The notes under the pieces: model-generated | Seen by the model: only the letters and a program-made list of their open reading frames with translations | The model's database searches: none | What the model was told of the DNA's origin: nothing | Made by a program: the position numbers and the translations under genes | Source: the human T2T-CHM13v2.0 reference genome, Homo sapiens | Length of the DNA stretch: 64,000 nt | Direction: 5' to 3' | NCBI GenBank assembly: GCA_009914755.4 | Contig: CP068257.2 | Span: 160,001 to 224,000, forward strand | In this document: in pieces, positions 23,801 through 33,552 of the stretch | Layout: each line of letters opens with the position of its first letter | How positions within the stretch are numbered: the first letter of the stretch is position 1

Positions 23801-24720
23801 AATCACCTACAGACTCACAGACTTCACGGAGGTCCTCCCTGGTCTCTCTCAGGTCTTTGCCCTCAGCCCACAGGGACTCTTGTGTCTCTTTCAGCTACTC
23901 TCGAAACTTCTCTAGATTCCAGCTGGACTCAGTTCCAGGCACCCACGACACACCACCAAACTCACGAATTTCACTGACTTACTCCCCAGTCTCTCTCATG
24001 TTCTCACCCCCAGCCCTCAGGGACTCTTCTGTCTCTCTCAGCTACTCTCCAGCCATCTCCACATCACACCTGGGGTCAGCTCCCCACACCCAGGAATCAC
24101 CTACAAACTCACGGACCTTACTGCAACCCTCCCCCATTTCTTTCACCTCTTCAACCCCTGCTTTCAGGGACTCTCCTGTGTCTCCCAGCTTCTCTCCAGC
24201 CTTCCCCAGATTTCTGCCACAGTCAGCCCCAGGCACCCAGGGTTACCCTGGACACTCACAGGCCTCACGAGACTATTTCCCAATGACTTGTATCTATAGA
24301 GGGATGGCTCCCATACTTCCCTCGGTGACCTCAAACCCATCTCCACTTACACTCAGACACTCCCAGGGCCTGACAGCTACTCCCCGTTATTGTCCTTCAG
24401 CTCGAAGCCCTGACCCATCTACTAGCCAACATGATGCAGCTACCTGGCCATGTCTCCACATTTCTGGGGAGGGCCCCACACCCAGCCGCAGAAGAGCCCC
24501 TCCTGCATTCCGTCCTCACACACAGGCCTGTCCATCCACTTGCTACTGTCACACTCTTGCCAGCAGAGGAGGCCCCTGTAATGGCCGATATCACCGCCCA
24601 GTCTATCCTCACCCCACAGCTGTGCAGCGGGACCCTCCTGCTGGCCCACGTGGCTGCCACAGCCCATGCTGGCACGACGCTCCAGCATGTCGGCGTCCCT
24701 GCGGGCCACGCTACCGCTGA
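20875..24720 (+). CDS. Intact intronless gene, 1281 aa. It encodes a Ser/Pro/Thr-rich protein with a duplicated N-terminal module, ~16 tandem 48-aa repeats and a Cys/Arg/His-rich C-terminal tail (unit 3).
   Basis: Uninterrupted 3846 bp ORF. ATG in ctaatcATGt context, 351 bp downstream of TATTTAAA. TGA followed at +227 by ATTAAA. Confidence 0.65.
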   Translation: MSASKNTRVLSGSSYERSPSPDSPRSMLASPSFSLSPLRNSDLRGSSSPGIRSYHSPSPRASPHSPLSSPVSHNLPFPCPIRDGQSMKPLGSPVSSSEDSTESPRSSVIYHMFLLPSPSSSPPALWESPGSPSYSPNNPRFQLESAPHTQESPANSRASRCSSPMSFISSPPGLRDSPVAPSYSQAIPMFLRESAPCTQESPRDSQVSGEYERSPSPDSSRFMPASPSIYLSPPRNSDPRGSSSQGMWKYSTSSRRASPLSHPSSAEFHNFTFPFPNQAGQSLMSLCSPVSSSGDSSQSPHSSIIYHVFLLPSSSSSPPATNDSPVCPSYSPTTPRFQRASVSNTPETPTNSQTSVRSSPVSLTSSPPGLTDPPVSPSYYPTTRTFQRGSDPGTQGSPPSPPLSLCYSPVSSTSLSPTLRDSPVCPSYSPTTPTFQRESVAGTQQSPPNSPISLNYSPVSLMSSPALRDSPICPSYSPTTPRFQLEAVPCTQESPPNSPISLNYSPVSLMSSPSLRDSPVCLSYSPTTPTFQLEYLRGTPESPPNSPISLNYSPVSLMSPPALRDSPDCPSYSPTTPRFQLEAVPCSPESTPNSPISLNYSPVSLMSSPAIRDSPVCPSYSTTTPTFQLESVRDTPESPPNSPISLNYTPVSLMSSPAIRDSPVCPSYSPKTPTFQLESVPGTLESPPNSPISLNYSPVSLMSSPALRDPPVCPSYSPTTPRFQLESVPGTPESPPNSPVSLSYSPVSLMSSPPALRDSPVCPSYSPTTPTFQLESVPGTPESPPNSPISLNYSPVSLMSSPALSDSPVCPSYSPTTPRFQLEAVPCTPESPPNSPISLNYSLVSLMSSPVLRDPPVCPSYSPSTPRFQLESVPGTAESPPNSPVSLSYSPFSLMSSPPALRDSPVCPRYSPTTPTFQLESLAGTQELPTNSAVSLSYSPVSLMSSPPAPWDSPVCPSSSPTTPRFQRESASHTPESPTDSQTSRRSSLVSLRSLPSAHRDSCVSFSYSRNFSRFQLDSVPGTHDTPPNSRISLTYSPVSLMFSPPALRDSSVSLSYSPAISTSHLGSAPHTQESPTNSRTLLQPSPISFTSSTPAFRDSPVSPSFSPAFPRFLPQSAPGTQGYPGHSQASRDYFPMTCIYRGMAPILPSVTSNPSPLTLRHSQGLTATPRYCPSARSPDPSTSQHDAATWPCLHISGEGPTPSRRRAPPAFRPHTQACPSTCYCHTLASRGGPCNGRYHRPVYPHPTAVQRDPPAGPRGCHSPCWHDAPACRRPCGPRYR
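22050..23950 (+). repeat. Intragenic 144-bp (48-aa) coding minisatellite, ~13 copies here, core copies >95% identical. The same block recurs in every unit. Approximate other positions: 300-2300 (unit 0), 7500-9700, 14900-16800, 29200-31100, 36350-38200, 43500-47100 (expanded), 52350-54100, 59400-60900 (degenerate).
   Basis: The motif accaaactcaccaatttcactcaattactctccagtctctctcatgtcttcaccag recurs at exactly 144 bp spacing (e.g. 631 and 775). All three + frames are open across the block. Confidence 0.85.
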
Positions 24721-24946
24721 CATGGCTAGCATCACCCTCCTTCCTGGCAGTGACACTGCTGATTTGAACCCCAGTTTCACAGCTGTCATTTGTAAATAGG
24801 ACCATTTTCCCTTTTCTCTCTCCCTTCCATTCACAGGGCTTCTCATTCCCTCTGTTTCTGCCTCCGTTTCAGAGATTTACTCACCTTTTTCTCTCTCACT
24901 ATGTCTGCCGTGGTCTCCATAAGAGTGTGCCACATACAATTGCCCC

Positions 24947-24952
24947 ATTAAA
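24947..24952 (+). terminator. Poly(A) signal ATTAAA (unit 3).
   Basis: Same hexamer, stop+227. Confidence 0.5.
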
Positions 24953-25318
24953 AGTCATGAATTGAGTGGATTTTAGTATACCTGTGGTTGGGCACATTCA
25001 ATTTTAATTCGCAATCCATTTTAGAAGGTTTTATCACCCCCGACCAGAGAAACACCCTGTGGACATTAGTCACTCCTCATTCTGTCTCAAACCCTCTCCC
25101 TGACCCTCAGCCCTAGGTAACAACTGCATAGAGCGATCAACCCCATATGCATAGATTTCCATATTGTGGACAGTTCCTATAAACGGAATTGCACAATACG
25201 TGAGCTTTTGTGACTGACATAACACTTTTAGCACAATATTTTCAAGATTCATCCACATTGCAGCCTTACCCACAGGGGGAAACCGCATTTTGTGGTTTCA
25301 GTAACACCGGGTGTTTTC

Positions 25319-25400
25319 TCCTTCCTTCCGTCTTTCCTTCCTTCCTTCCTTCCTTCCTTCCTTCCTTCCTCCCTTCCTCCCTTCCTTCCTCCCTTCCTCC
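25319..25400 (+). repeat. (TTCC)n microsatellite, unit 3.
   Basis: Same tract. Confidence 0.9.
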
Positions 25401-26135
25401 CATTTCTCTCTTATTCCTTCTGCCCTCTCTCTTTCATATGCCTTAGGTGCATCCTACGTCCTGCGTCTTTTTGGGGAATCCTCGACAGGTGCTGGAAAAT
25501 TGTGTTATTGTAATTATTTACCGGTATCTCTCTTTCATGGTTCTCCATCAGTTGTAAGCATCTATTGGTTTATCCCAGGTCACTAAGTATATTTTAATTA
25601 GCTACACCTGTTTTTCTTTATACACCTGTTTCTGGAGTATAGGGTCGCATACTCATAAACCCAGTGTAACTCAGAAACGCATCTAATATTCCAATAGACC
25701 CATCATAACGTTGAAAAATCATAAATCAAACCAACTTAAGTCACGATTTGGCGCTGGATATGGGCTCCATCAATTCCATTGTATTCAATAATGCTGTACA
25801 CCATTAACAATGGCAGACTGATTGGGCGTGGATGTGGATAACATTATAAAAATCAGTTATTAGAGGGATACTTTAACCTGACGGAAGAGCTGATCTAATG
25901 GTATTAGTACAGTGATGATTATGTGAGATGTTTTGAGACAGAGTAGTACATTTGTGTATGAGATTCTGTGGCTTTTTTCACTTAGTAGGAACCTTTGTGT
26001 GTGGAAAACTGAGAAAATTGCTTTGTGCTGTAGAGTCTGGCATTCGTTGTAGATTAAAGCTTATTTTTCTGGATGTAAATCTTATTCAATAAAATACTAC
26101 TCTTTATAATAAAAAACAAAGACACTGGTGATGTG

Positions 26136-26416
26136 AAGTCATTATCCTCAGCAAACTAATCCAGGAACAGAAAACCAAACGCCACATTCTCACTTATAAT
26201 GGGAGCTGAAAAATGGGATCACGTGGACACAGGAAGGGGAACAACACACACTGGGGCCTTTCGGGAGGCAGAGCGTTAAGAAAAACAGCTACCGCATGCT
26301 GGGCTTAATACCTAGGTGATGGGTTGACAGGTGCAGCAAACCACCGTGGCACACGTTTACCTTAGTAACAAATCTGCACAGCCTGCCCATATATTCCAGA
26401 ACTTAGAAACGAAACG
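26136..26416 (+). mobile_element. L1 3'-end fragment, unit 3 copy.
   Basis: Same sequence. Confidence 0.75.
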
Positions 26417-27628
26417 AAAGCAAAGAAAACGAGAAAGCGATAGCAAAACGCTAACGGCGAAACAGAGTTTCAAACTCAGAAAGTGAGAGACCAATGTTTG
26501 GTTCAAATCATGGTTCTCAACCCAGGTGCCATAAGGTCAGGATAAAGAATTTGATGACGTATTGTAAATAAGACATGCAGCGGAGGACCAGAAAAATCGT
26601 TCTCAACATACGTGTGGCTTCGAGTTCAACGGTGACGCTATCTACAGTGACATAGCATTAGATTCCAAAGGGCCGAGTCCCGCAAGACTGGCCTCCCACA
26701 CTAATAATAATGGGAAGCGCTACGTTGCTTTACCTGTGCTTCTCAGCAACTGGCTATAAATCAGGTTTCCACCACTCCCAGTTTTAGTTGCATTCATTTG
26801 CTGGAAGAGCTCACAGCACGCAGGGAAACACTGACATTTCCCATTTTTTGTATTTTAGCAGATATTGCAAAAACTTCAGAAAAAACTTTTGGGCCCGGCA
26901 TGTGGGGAGGGGCTCACTGCCTTCCAGGAAGTGTTATCCAGAAGCTCTCTAAACCCAGTCCTTTTGGGTTTTTATGGAGACCTCATTCTATAGGCATGAT
27001 GGGTTAAACCATAGGCTATTGGTGATCAACTCAACCTGGGGCTCTCAACCCTCCCTGGAAATTGGGGTTGAGGCTTTGCCATTCTCAGTCTGAGTAAAAG
27101 AATTTACGCAAACGGAATTTTAAAACAGATTAGCATATCTGGAAACTTAACTAGATGACGGAATTATCTGGAGCCACACCTTGATATTCCTAACCCGAGC
27201 ACCCTCATCCAAAGAATGCTCCACCCAACTGGCTCCCAAGTCTCTACGGGGTTCCAGAGCAAAAGAATGTTTATACAGCGCATATCTCCACCTTTTCTTC
27301 AAAGTCTTTTCGCTTACACGGAAAGACTTCTTCAACTGCCATGCATCAGGGTCAGGGGGAGGTCTTGTTACAACACAGATCTGCGGATCTCCGGGGCTTG
27401 ATTGTGGCAAGGATGCTGCTGGTGTCAAAACCACAACGTGGGAACCACAGAACCACTAGTTGGTTTTCAGTGTTTCAGTGCATACAATTCCTAATATATC
27501 TGGCCAAGAAAACTTGTAAGTTCTTAGATTGTCCCAAAGGTGGCGCATGAAATCAAATCAGGAGAACAGTTTCCTACGAGGTGTAGCCTGGGAACCTTGG
27601 GGGTGACTGATGGAAAGGAGGAGTGAAG

Positions 27629-27701
27629 CTCCGCCCTTTCCGCTGCGAGGCTGCGCCCGAGGCTATTTAAACCCACCCTGGCTGGCCTGTACTCAGATCT
27701 T
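27629..27701 (+). promoter_or_regulatory. Core promoter of unit 4 (TATTTAAA at 27664-27671).
   Basis: Same arrangement upstream of ATG 28015. Confidence 0.55.
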
Positions 27702-27880
27702 CGCAGAGCGGAGCAGCGGCCGGAGCGTTTGGCGGACTCTGCGTGGACTTGGAGCTCACAGCGTCTTGCGACTTGGAAGCGGATTCAGAGGACAGGACAG
27801 AACACTTGGGCAAGTGAATCTCTGTCTGTCTGTCTGTCTCATTGGTTGGTTTATTTCCATTTTCTTAAGGAGCACATACC

Positions 27881-27953
27881 TCACACCACACACACACAAA
27901 CACACACACACACACGCACGCACTCACGCACACACACACGCACACACACACAC
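27881..27953 (+). repeat. (CA)n/(CACG)n 5'UTR microsatellite, unit 4.
   Basis: Same tract. Confidence 0.9.
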
Positions 27954-28014
27954 TAATTCATTCTGCGGGTTAGGAAATTAGTAGGGGTCTCTGGGAGCTG
28001 CAGGTTTCCTAATC

Positions 28015-31000
28015 ATGTCTGCATCTAAGAACACTAGGGTCTTGTCTGGCTCTTCTTATGAACGGTCCCCCAGCCCGGACTCCCCAAGATCCATGCTAGC
28101 CTCACCCAGCTTCTCCCTCTCCCCTCTCAGAAACTCAGACTTAAGAGGAAGCTCCTCACCAGGGATCCGGAGCTACCATTCACCATCCCCTAGGGCTTCA
28201 CCACACTCACCTCTGTCATCACCAGTATCCCACAATCTCCCATTTCCCTGTCCTATCCGTGATGGACAATCCATGAAGCCATTGGGCTCTCCCGTGTCCT
28301 CCTCTGAGGATTCTACAGAGTCACCACGTTCATCAGTAATATACCACATGTTCCTACTGCCATCACCCAGCAGCTCACCCCCAGCTCTCTGGGAGTCTCC
28401 TGGGTCTCCCAGCTACTCTCCAAACAACCCCAGATTTCAGCTGGAGTCAGCCCCCCACACCCAGGAATCACCTGCAAACTCACGAGCCTCACGGTGCTCC
28501 TCCCCTATGTCTTTCATCTCTTCACCCCCAGGCCTCAGGGACTCTCCTGTGGCTCCCAGTTACTCTCAAGCCATCCCCATGTTCCTGCGGGAGTCAGCCC
28601 CATGCACTCAGGAGTCCCCCAGAGACTCACAGGTCTCGGGAGAATATGAGCGCTCCCCCAGCCCTGACTCCTCAAGATTCATGCCTGCCTCACCCAGCAT
28701 CTACCTCTCCCCTCCCAGGAACTCAGACCCAAGGGGCAGCTCCTCACAAGGGATGTGGAAGTACTCTACATCATCCCGCAGGGCTTCACCACTCTCACAT
28801 CCGTCATCGGCAGAATTCCACAACTTTACATTTCCCTTTCCTAACCAAGCAGGACAATCACTCATGTCATTGTGTTCTCCCGTGTCCTCCTCTGGAGATT
28901 CCTCACAGTCACCCCATTCATCAATAATATACCATGTGTTCTTACTGCCATCATCCAGCAGCTCACCCCCAGCCACCAATGACTCTCCTGTCTGTCCCAG
29001 CTACTCTCCAACTACGCCCAGATTTCAGCGGGCGTCGGTATCCAACACCCCAGAAACACCTACAAACTCACAGACCTCAGTGAGATCCTCGCCAGTCTCT
29101 CTCACGTCTTCACCCCCAGGCCTTACGGACCCTCCAGTCTCTCCCAGCTACTATCCAACCACGCGCACATTTCAGCGCGGGTCAGATCCAGGAACCCAGG
29201 GAGCACCACCAAGCCCACCACTTTCACTGTGTTACTCCCCAGTCTCAAGCACGTCTTTATCTCCAACCCTCAGGGACTCTCCTGTCTGTCCCAGCTATTC
29301 TCCAACCACGCCCACGTTTCAGCGGGAGTCCGTTGCAGGCACCCAGCAATCACCACCAAACTCACCAATTTCACTCAATTACTCTCCAGTCTCTCTCATG
29401 TCTTCACCAGCCCTCAGGGACTCTCCCATTTGTCCCAGCTACTCTCCAACCACGCCCAGATTTCAGCTGGAAGCAGTTCCTTGCACCCAGGAATCACCAC
29501 CAAACTCACCAATTTCACTCAATTACTCCCCAGTCTCTCTCATGTCTTCACCATCCCTCAGGGACTCTCCCGTCTGTCTCAGCTACTCTCCAACCACGCC
29601 CACATTTCAGCTGGAGTACCTTCGAGGCACCCCGGAGTCACCACCAAACTCACCAATTTCACTCAATTACTCTCCAGTCTCTCTCATGTCTCCACCAGCC
29701 CTCAGGGACTCTCCCGACTGTCCCAGCTACTCCCCAACAACGCCCAGATTTCAGCTGGAAGCAGTTCCTTGCTCCCCAGAATCAACACCAAACTCACCAA
29801 TTTCACTCAATTACTCTCCAGTCTCTCTCATGTCTTCACCAGCCATCAGGGACTCTCCTGTCTGTCCCAGCTACTCTACAACCACGCCCACATTTCAGCT
29901 GGAGTCCGTTCGAGACACCCCGGAGTCACCACCAAACTCACCAATTTCACTCAATTACACTCCAGTCTCTCTCATGTCTTCACCAGCCATCAGGGACTCT
30001 CCCGTCTGTCCCAGCTACTCTCCAAAGACGCCCACATTTCAGCTGGAGTCTGTTCCAGGCACCCTGGAGTCACCACCAAACTCACCAATTTCACTCAATT
30101 ACTCTCCAGTCTCTCTCATGTCTTCACCAGCCCTCAGGGACCCTCCTGTCTGTCCCAGCTACTCTCCAACCACCCCCAGATTTCAGCTGGAGTCAGTTCC
30201 AGGCACCCCGGAGTCACCACCAAACTCACCAGTTTCACTGAGTTACTCCCCGGTCTCTCTCATGTCTTCACCGCCAGCCCTCAGGGACTCTCCTGTGTGT
30301 CCCAGCTACTCTCCAACCACGCCCACATTTCAGCTGGAGTCAGTTCCAGGCACCCCGGAGTCACCACCAAACTCACCAATTTCACTCAATTACTCTCCAG
30401 TCTCTCTCATGTCTTCACCAGCCCTCAGCGACTCTCCTGTCTGTCCCAGCTACTCTCCAACCACGCCCAGATTTCAGCTGGAAGCAGTTCCTTGCACCCC
30501 AGAATCACCTCCAAACTCACCAATTTCACTCAATTACTCTCTAGTCTCTCTCATGTCTTCACCAGTCCTCAGGGACCCTCCTGTCTGTCCCAGCTACTCT
30601 CCATCCACCCCCAGATTTCAGTTGGAGTCAGTTCCAGGCACCGCGGAGTCACCACCAAACTCACCAGTTTCACTGAGTTACTCCCCGTTCTCTCTCATGT
30701 CTTCACCGCCAGCCCTCAGGGACTCTCCTGTTTGTCCCCGCTACTCTCCAACCACGCCCACATTCCAGCTGGAGTCACTTGCAGGCACCCAGGAATTACC
30801 TACAAACTCAGCAGTTTCACTGAGTTACTCCCCAGTCTCTCTCATGTCTTCACCCCCAGCCCCCTGGGACTCTCCTGTCTGTCCCAGCTCCTCTCCCACC
30901 ACGCCCAGATTTCAGAGGGAGTCAGCCTCCCACACTCCGGAATCACCTACAGACTCACAGACTTCACGGAGGTCCTCCCTGGTCTCTCTCAGGTCTTTGC

Positions 31001-31860
31001 CCTCAGCCCACAGGGACTCCTGTGTCTCTTTCAGCTACTCTCGAAACTTCTCTAGATTCCAGCTGGACTCAGTTCCAGGCACCCACGACACACCACCAAA
31101 CTCACGAATTTCACTGACTTACTCCCCAGTCTCTCTCATGTTCTCACCCCCAGCCCTCAGGGACTCTTCTGTCTCTCTCAGCTACTCTCCAGCCATCTCC
31201 ACATCACACCTGGGGTCAGCTCCCCACACCCAGGAATCACCTACAAACTCACGGACCTTACTGCAACCCTCCACCATTTCTTTCACCTCTTCAACCCCTG
31301 CTTTCAGGGACTCTCCTGTGTCTCCCAGCTTCTCTCCAGCCTTCCCCAGATTTCTGCCACAGTCAGCCCCAGGCACCCAGGGTTACCCTGGACACTCACA
31401 GGCCTCACGAGACTATTTCCCAATGACTTGTATCTATAGAGGGATGGCTCCCATACTTCCCTCGGTGACCTCAAACCCATCTCCACTTACACTCAGACAC
31501 TCCCAGGGCCTGACAGCTACTCCCCGTTATTGTCCTTCAGCTCGAAGCCCTGACCCATCTACTAGCCAACATGATGCAGCTACCTGGCCATGTCTCCACA
31601 TTTCTGGGGAGGGCCCCACACCCAGCCGCAGAAGAGCCCCTCCTGCATTCCGTCCTCACACACAGGCCTGTCCATCCACTTGCTACTGTCACACTCTTGC
31701 CAGCAGAGGAGGCCCCTGTAATGGCCGATATCACCGCCCAGTCTATCCTCACCCCACAGCTGTGCAGCGGGACCCTCCTGCTGGCCCACGTGGCTGCCAC
31801 AGCCCATGCTGGCACGACGCTCCAGCATGTCGGCGTCCCTGCGGGCCACGCTACCGCTGA
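28015..31860 (+). CDS. Intact 1281-aa copy (unit 4). Differs from units 3 and 5 by only a few substitutions, e.g. GAPPSPP vs GSPPSPP and QPSTISF vs QPSPISF.
   Basis: Uninterrupted ORF with the same promoter and poly(A) landmarks. Unit length is 7140 bp, identical to unit 3. Confidence 0.65.
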   Translation: MSASKNTRVLSGSSYERSPSPDSPRSMLASPSFSLSPLRNSDLRGSSSPGIRSYHSPSPRASPHSPLSSPVSHNLPFPCPIRDGQSMKPLGSPVSSSEDSTESPRSSVIYHMFLLPSPSSSPPALWESPGSPSYSPNNPRFQLESAPHTQESPANSRASRCSSPMSFISSPPGLRDSPVAPSYSQAIPMFLRESAPCTQESPRDSQVSGEYERSPSPDSSRFMPASPSIYLSPPRNSDPRGSSSQGMWKYSTSSRRASPLSHPSSAEFHNFTFPFPNQAGQSLMSLCSPVSSSGDSSQSPHSSIIYHVFLLPSSSSSPPATNDSPVCPSYSPTTPRFQRASVSNTPETPTNSQTSVRSSPVSLTSSPPGLTDPPVSPSYYPTTRTFQRGSDPGTQGAPPSPPLSLCYSPVSSTSLSPTLRDSPVCPSYSPTTPTFQRESVAGTQQSPPNSPISLNYSPVSLMSSPALRDSPICPSYSPTTPRFQLEAVPCTQESPPNSPISLNYSPVSLMSSPSLRDSPVCLSYSPTTPTFQLEYLRGTPESPPNSPISLNYSPVSLMSPPALRDSPDCPSYSPTTPRFQLEAVPCSPESTPNSPISLNYSPVSLMSSPAIRDSPVCPSYSTTTPTFQLESVRDTPESPPNSPISLNYTPVSLMSSPAIRDSPVCPSYSPKTPTFQLESVPGTLESPPNSPISLNYSPVSLMSSPALRDPPVCPSYSPTTPRFQLESVPGTPESPPNSPVSLSYSPVSLMSSPPALRDSPVCPSYSPTTPTFQLESVPGTPESPPNSPISLNYSPVSLMSSPALSDSPVCPSYSPTTPRFQLEAVPCTPESPPNSPISLNYSLVSLMSSPVLRDPPVCPSYSPSTPRFQLESVPGTAESPPNSPVSLSYSPFSLMSSPPALRDSPVCPRYSPTTPTFQLESLAGTQELPTNSAVSLSYSPVSLMSSPPAPWDSPVCPSSSPTTPRFQRESASHTPESPTDSQTSRRSSLVSLRSLPSAHRDSCVSFSYSRNFSRFQLDSVPGTHDTPPNSRISLTYSPVSLMFSPPALRDSSVSLSYSPAISTSHLGSAPHTQESPTNSRTLLQPSTISFTSSTPAFRDSPVSPSFSPAFPRFLPQSAPGTQGYPGHSQASRDYFPMTCIYRGMAPILPSVTSNPSPLTLRHSQGLTATPRYCPSARSPDPSTSQHDAATWPCLHISGEGPTPSRRRAPPAFRPHTQACPSTCYCHTLASRGGPCNGRYHRPVYPHPTAVQRDPPAGPRGCHSPCWHDAPACRRPCGPRYR

Positions 31861-32086
31861 CATGGCTAGCATCACCCTCCTTCCTGGCAGTGACACTGCT
31901 GATTTGAACCCCAGTTTCACAGCTGTCATTTGTAAATAGGACCATTTTCCCTTTTCTCTCTCCCTTCCATTCACAGGGCTTCTCATTCCCTCTGTTTCTG
32001 CCTCCGTTTCAGAGATTTACTCACCTTTTTCTCTCTCACTATGTCTGCCGTGGTCTCCATAAGAGTGTGCCACATACAATTGCCCC

Positions 32087-32092
32087 ATTAAA
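32087..32092 (+). terminator. Poly(A) signal ATTAAA (unit 4).
   Basis: Same hexamer, stop+227. Confidence 0.5.
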
Positions 32093-32458
32093 AGTCATGA
32101 ATTGAGTGGATTTTAGTATACCTGTGGTTGGGCACATTCAATTTTAATTCGCAATCCATTTTAGAAGGTTTTATCACCCCCGACCAGAGAAACACCCTGT
32201 GGACATTAGTCACTCCTCATTCTGTCTCAAACCCTCTCCCTGACCCTCAGCCCTAGGTAACAACTGCATAGAGCGATCAACCCCATATGCATAGATTTTC
32301 ATATTGTGGACATTTCCTATAAACGGAATTTCACAATAAGTGAGCTTTTGTGACTGACATAACACTTTTAGCACAATATTTTCAAGATTCATCCACATTG
32401 CAGCTTTACCCACAGGGGGAAACCGCATTTTCTGGTTTCAGTAACACCGGGTGTTTTC

Positions 32459-32537
32459 TCCTTCCTTCCGTCTTTCCTTCCTTCCTTCCTTCCTTCCTTC
32501 CTTCCTTCCTTCCTTCCTTCCTTCCTCCCTTCCTCCC
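32459..32537 (+). repeat. (TTCC)n microsatellite, unit 4.
   Basis: Same tract. Confidence 0.9.
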
Positions 32538-33271
32538 ATTTCTCTCTTATTCCTTCTGCCCTCTCTCTTTCATATGCCTTAGGTGCATCCTACGTCCTGC
32601 GTCTTTTTGGGGAATCCTCGACAGGTGCTGGAAAATTGTGTTATTGTAATTATTTACCGGTATCTCTCTTTCATGGTTCTCCATCAGTTGTAAGCATCTA
32701 TTGGTTTATCCCAGGTCACTAAGTATATTTTAATTAGCTACACCTGTTTTTCTTTATACACCTGTTTCTGGAGTATAGGGTCGCATACTCATAAACCCAG
32801 TGTAACTCAGAAACGCATCTAATATTCCAATAGACCCATCATAACGTTGAAAAATCATAAATCAAACCAACTTAAGTCACGATTTGTCGCTGGATATGGG
32901 CTCCATCAATTCCATTGTATTCAATAATGCTGTACACCATTAACAATGGCAGACTGATTGGGCGTGGATGTGGATAACATTATAAAAATCAGTTATTAGA
33001 GGGATACTTTAACCTGACGGAAGAGCTGATCTAATGGTATTAGTACAGTGATGATTATGTGAGATGTTTTGAGACAGAGTAGTACATTTGTGTATGAGAT
33101 TCTGTGGCTTTTTTCACTTAGTAGGAACCTTTGTGTGTGGAAAACTGAGAAAATTGCTTTGTGCTGTAGAGTCTGGCATTCGTTGTAGATTAAAGCTTAT
33201 TTTTCTGGAAGTAAATCTTATTCAATAAAATACTACTCTTTATAATAAAAAACAAAGACACTGGTGATGTG

Positions 33272-33552
33272 AAGTCATTATCCTCAGCAAACTAATCCAG
33301 GAACAGAAAACCAAACGCCACATTCTCACTTATAATGGGAGCTGAAAAATAGGATCATGTGGACACAGGAAGGGGAACAACACACACTGGGGCCTTTCGG
33401 GAGGCAGAGCGTTAAGAAAAACAGCTACCGCATGCTGGGCTTAATACCTAGGTGATGGGTTGACAGGTGCAGCAAACCACCGTGGCACACGTTTACCATA
33501 GTAACAAATCTGCACAGCCTGCCCATATATTGCAGAACTTAGAAACGAAACG
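33272..33552 (+). mobile_element. L1 3'-end fragment, unit 4 copy.
   Basis: Same sequence. Confidence 0.75.

Noticed and set aside
22089-23915. Long alternative-frame ORFs (608-717 aa MLLPSLKHVFISNPQGLSCLSQLF…, and 210-306 aa MQAPSNHQQTHQFHSITLQS…) overlapping the main ORF in the other two + frames in every unit.
   Set aside because: The 144-bp repeat is G-poor and C/T-rich, so TAA, TAG and TGA are rare in all three forward frames. These ORFs begin at internal ATGs without promoter or Kozak support and simply tile the repeat block. They are a compositional artefact rather than overlapping genes, although a frameshift would read into them.
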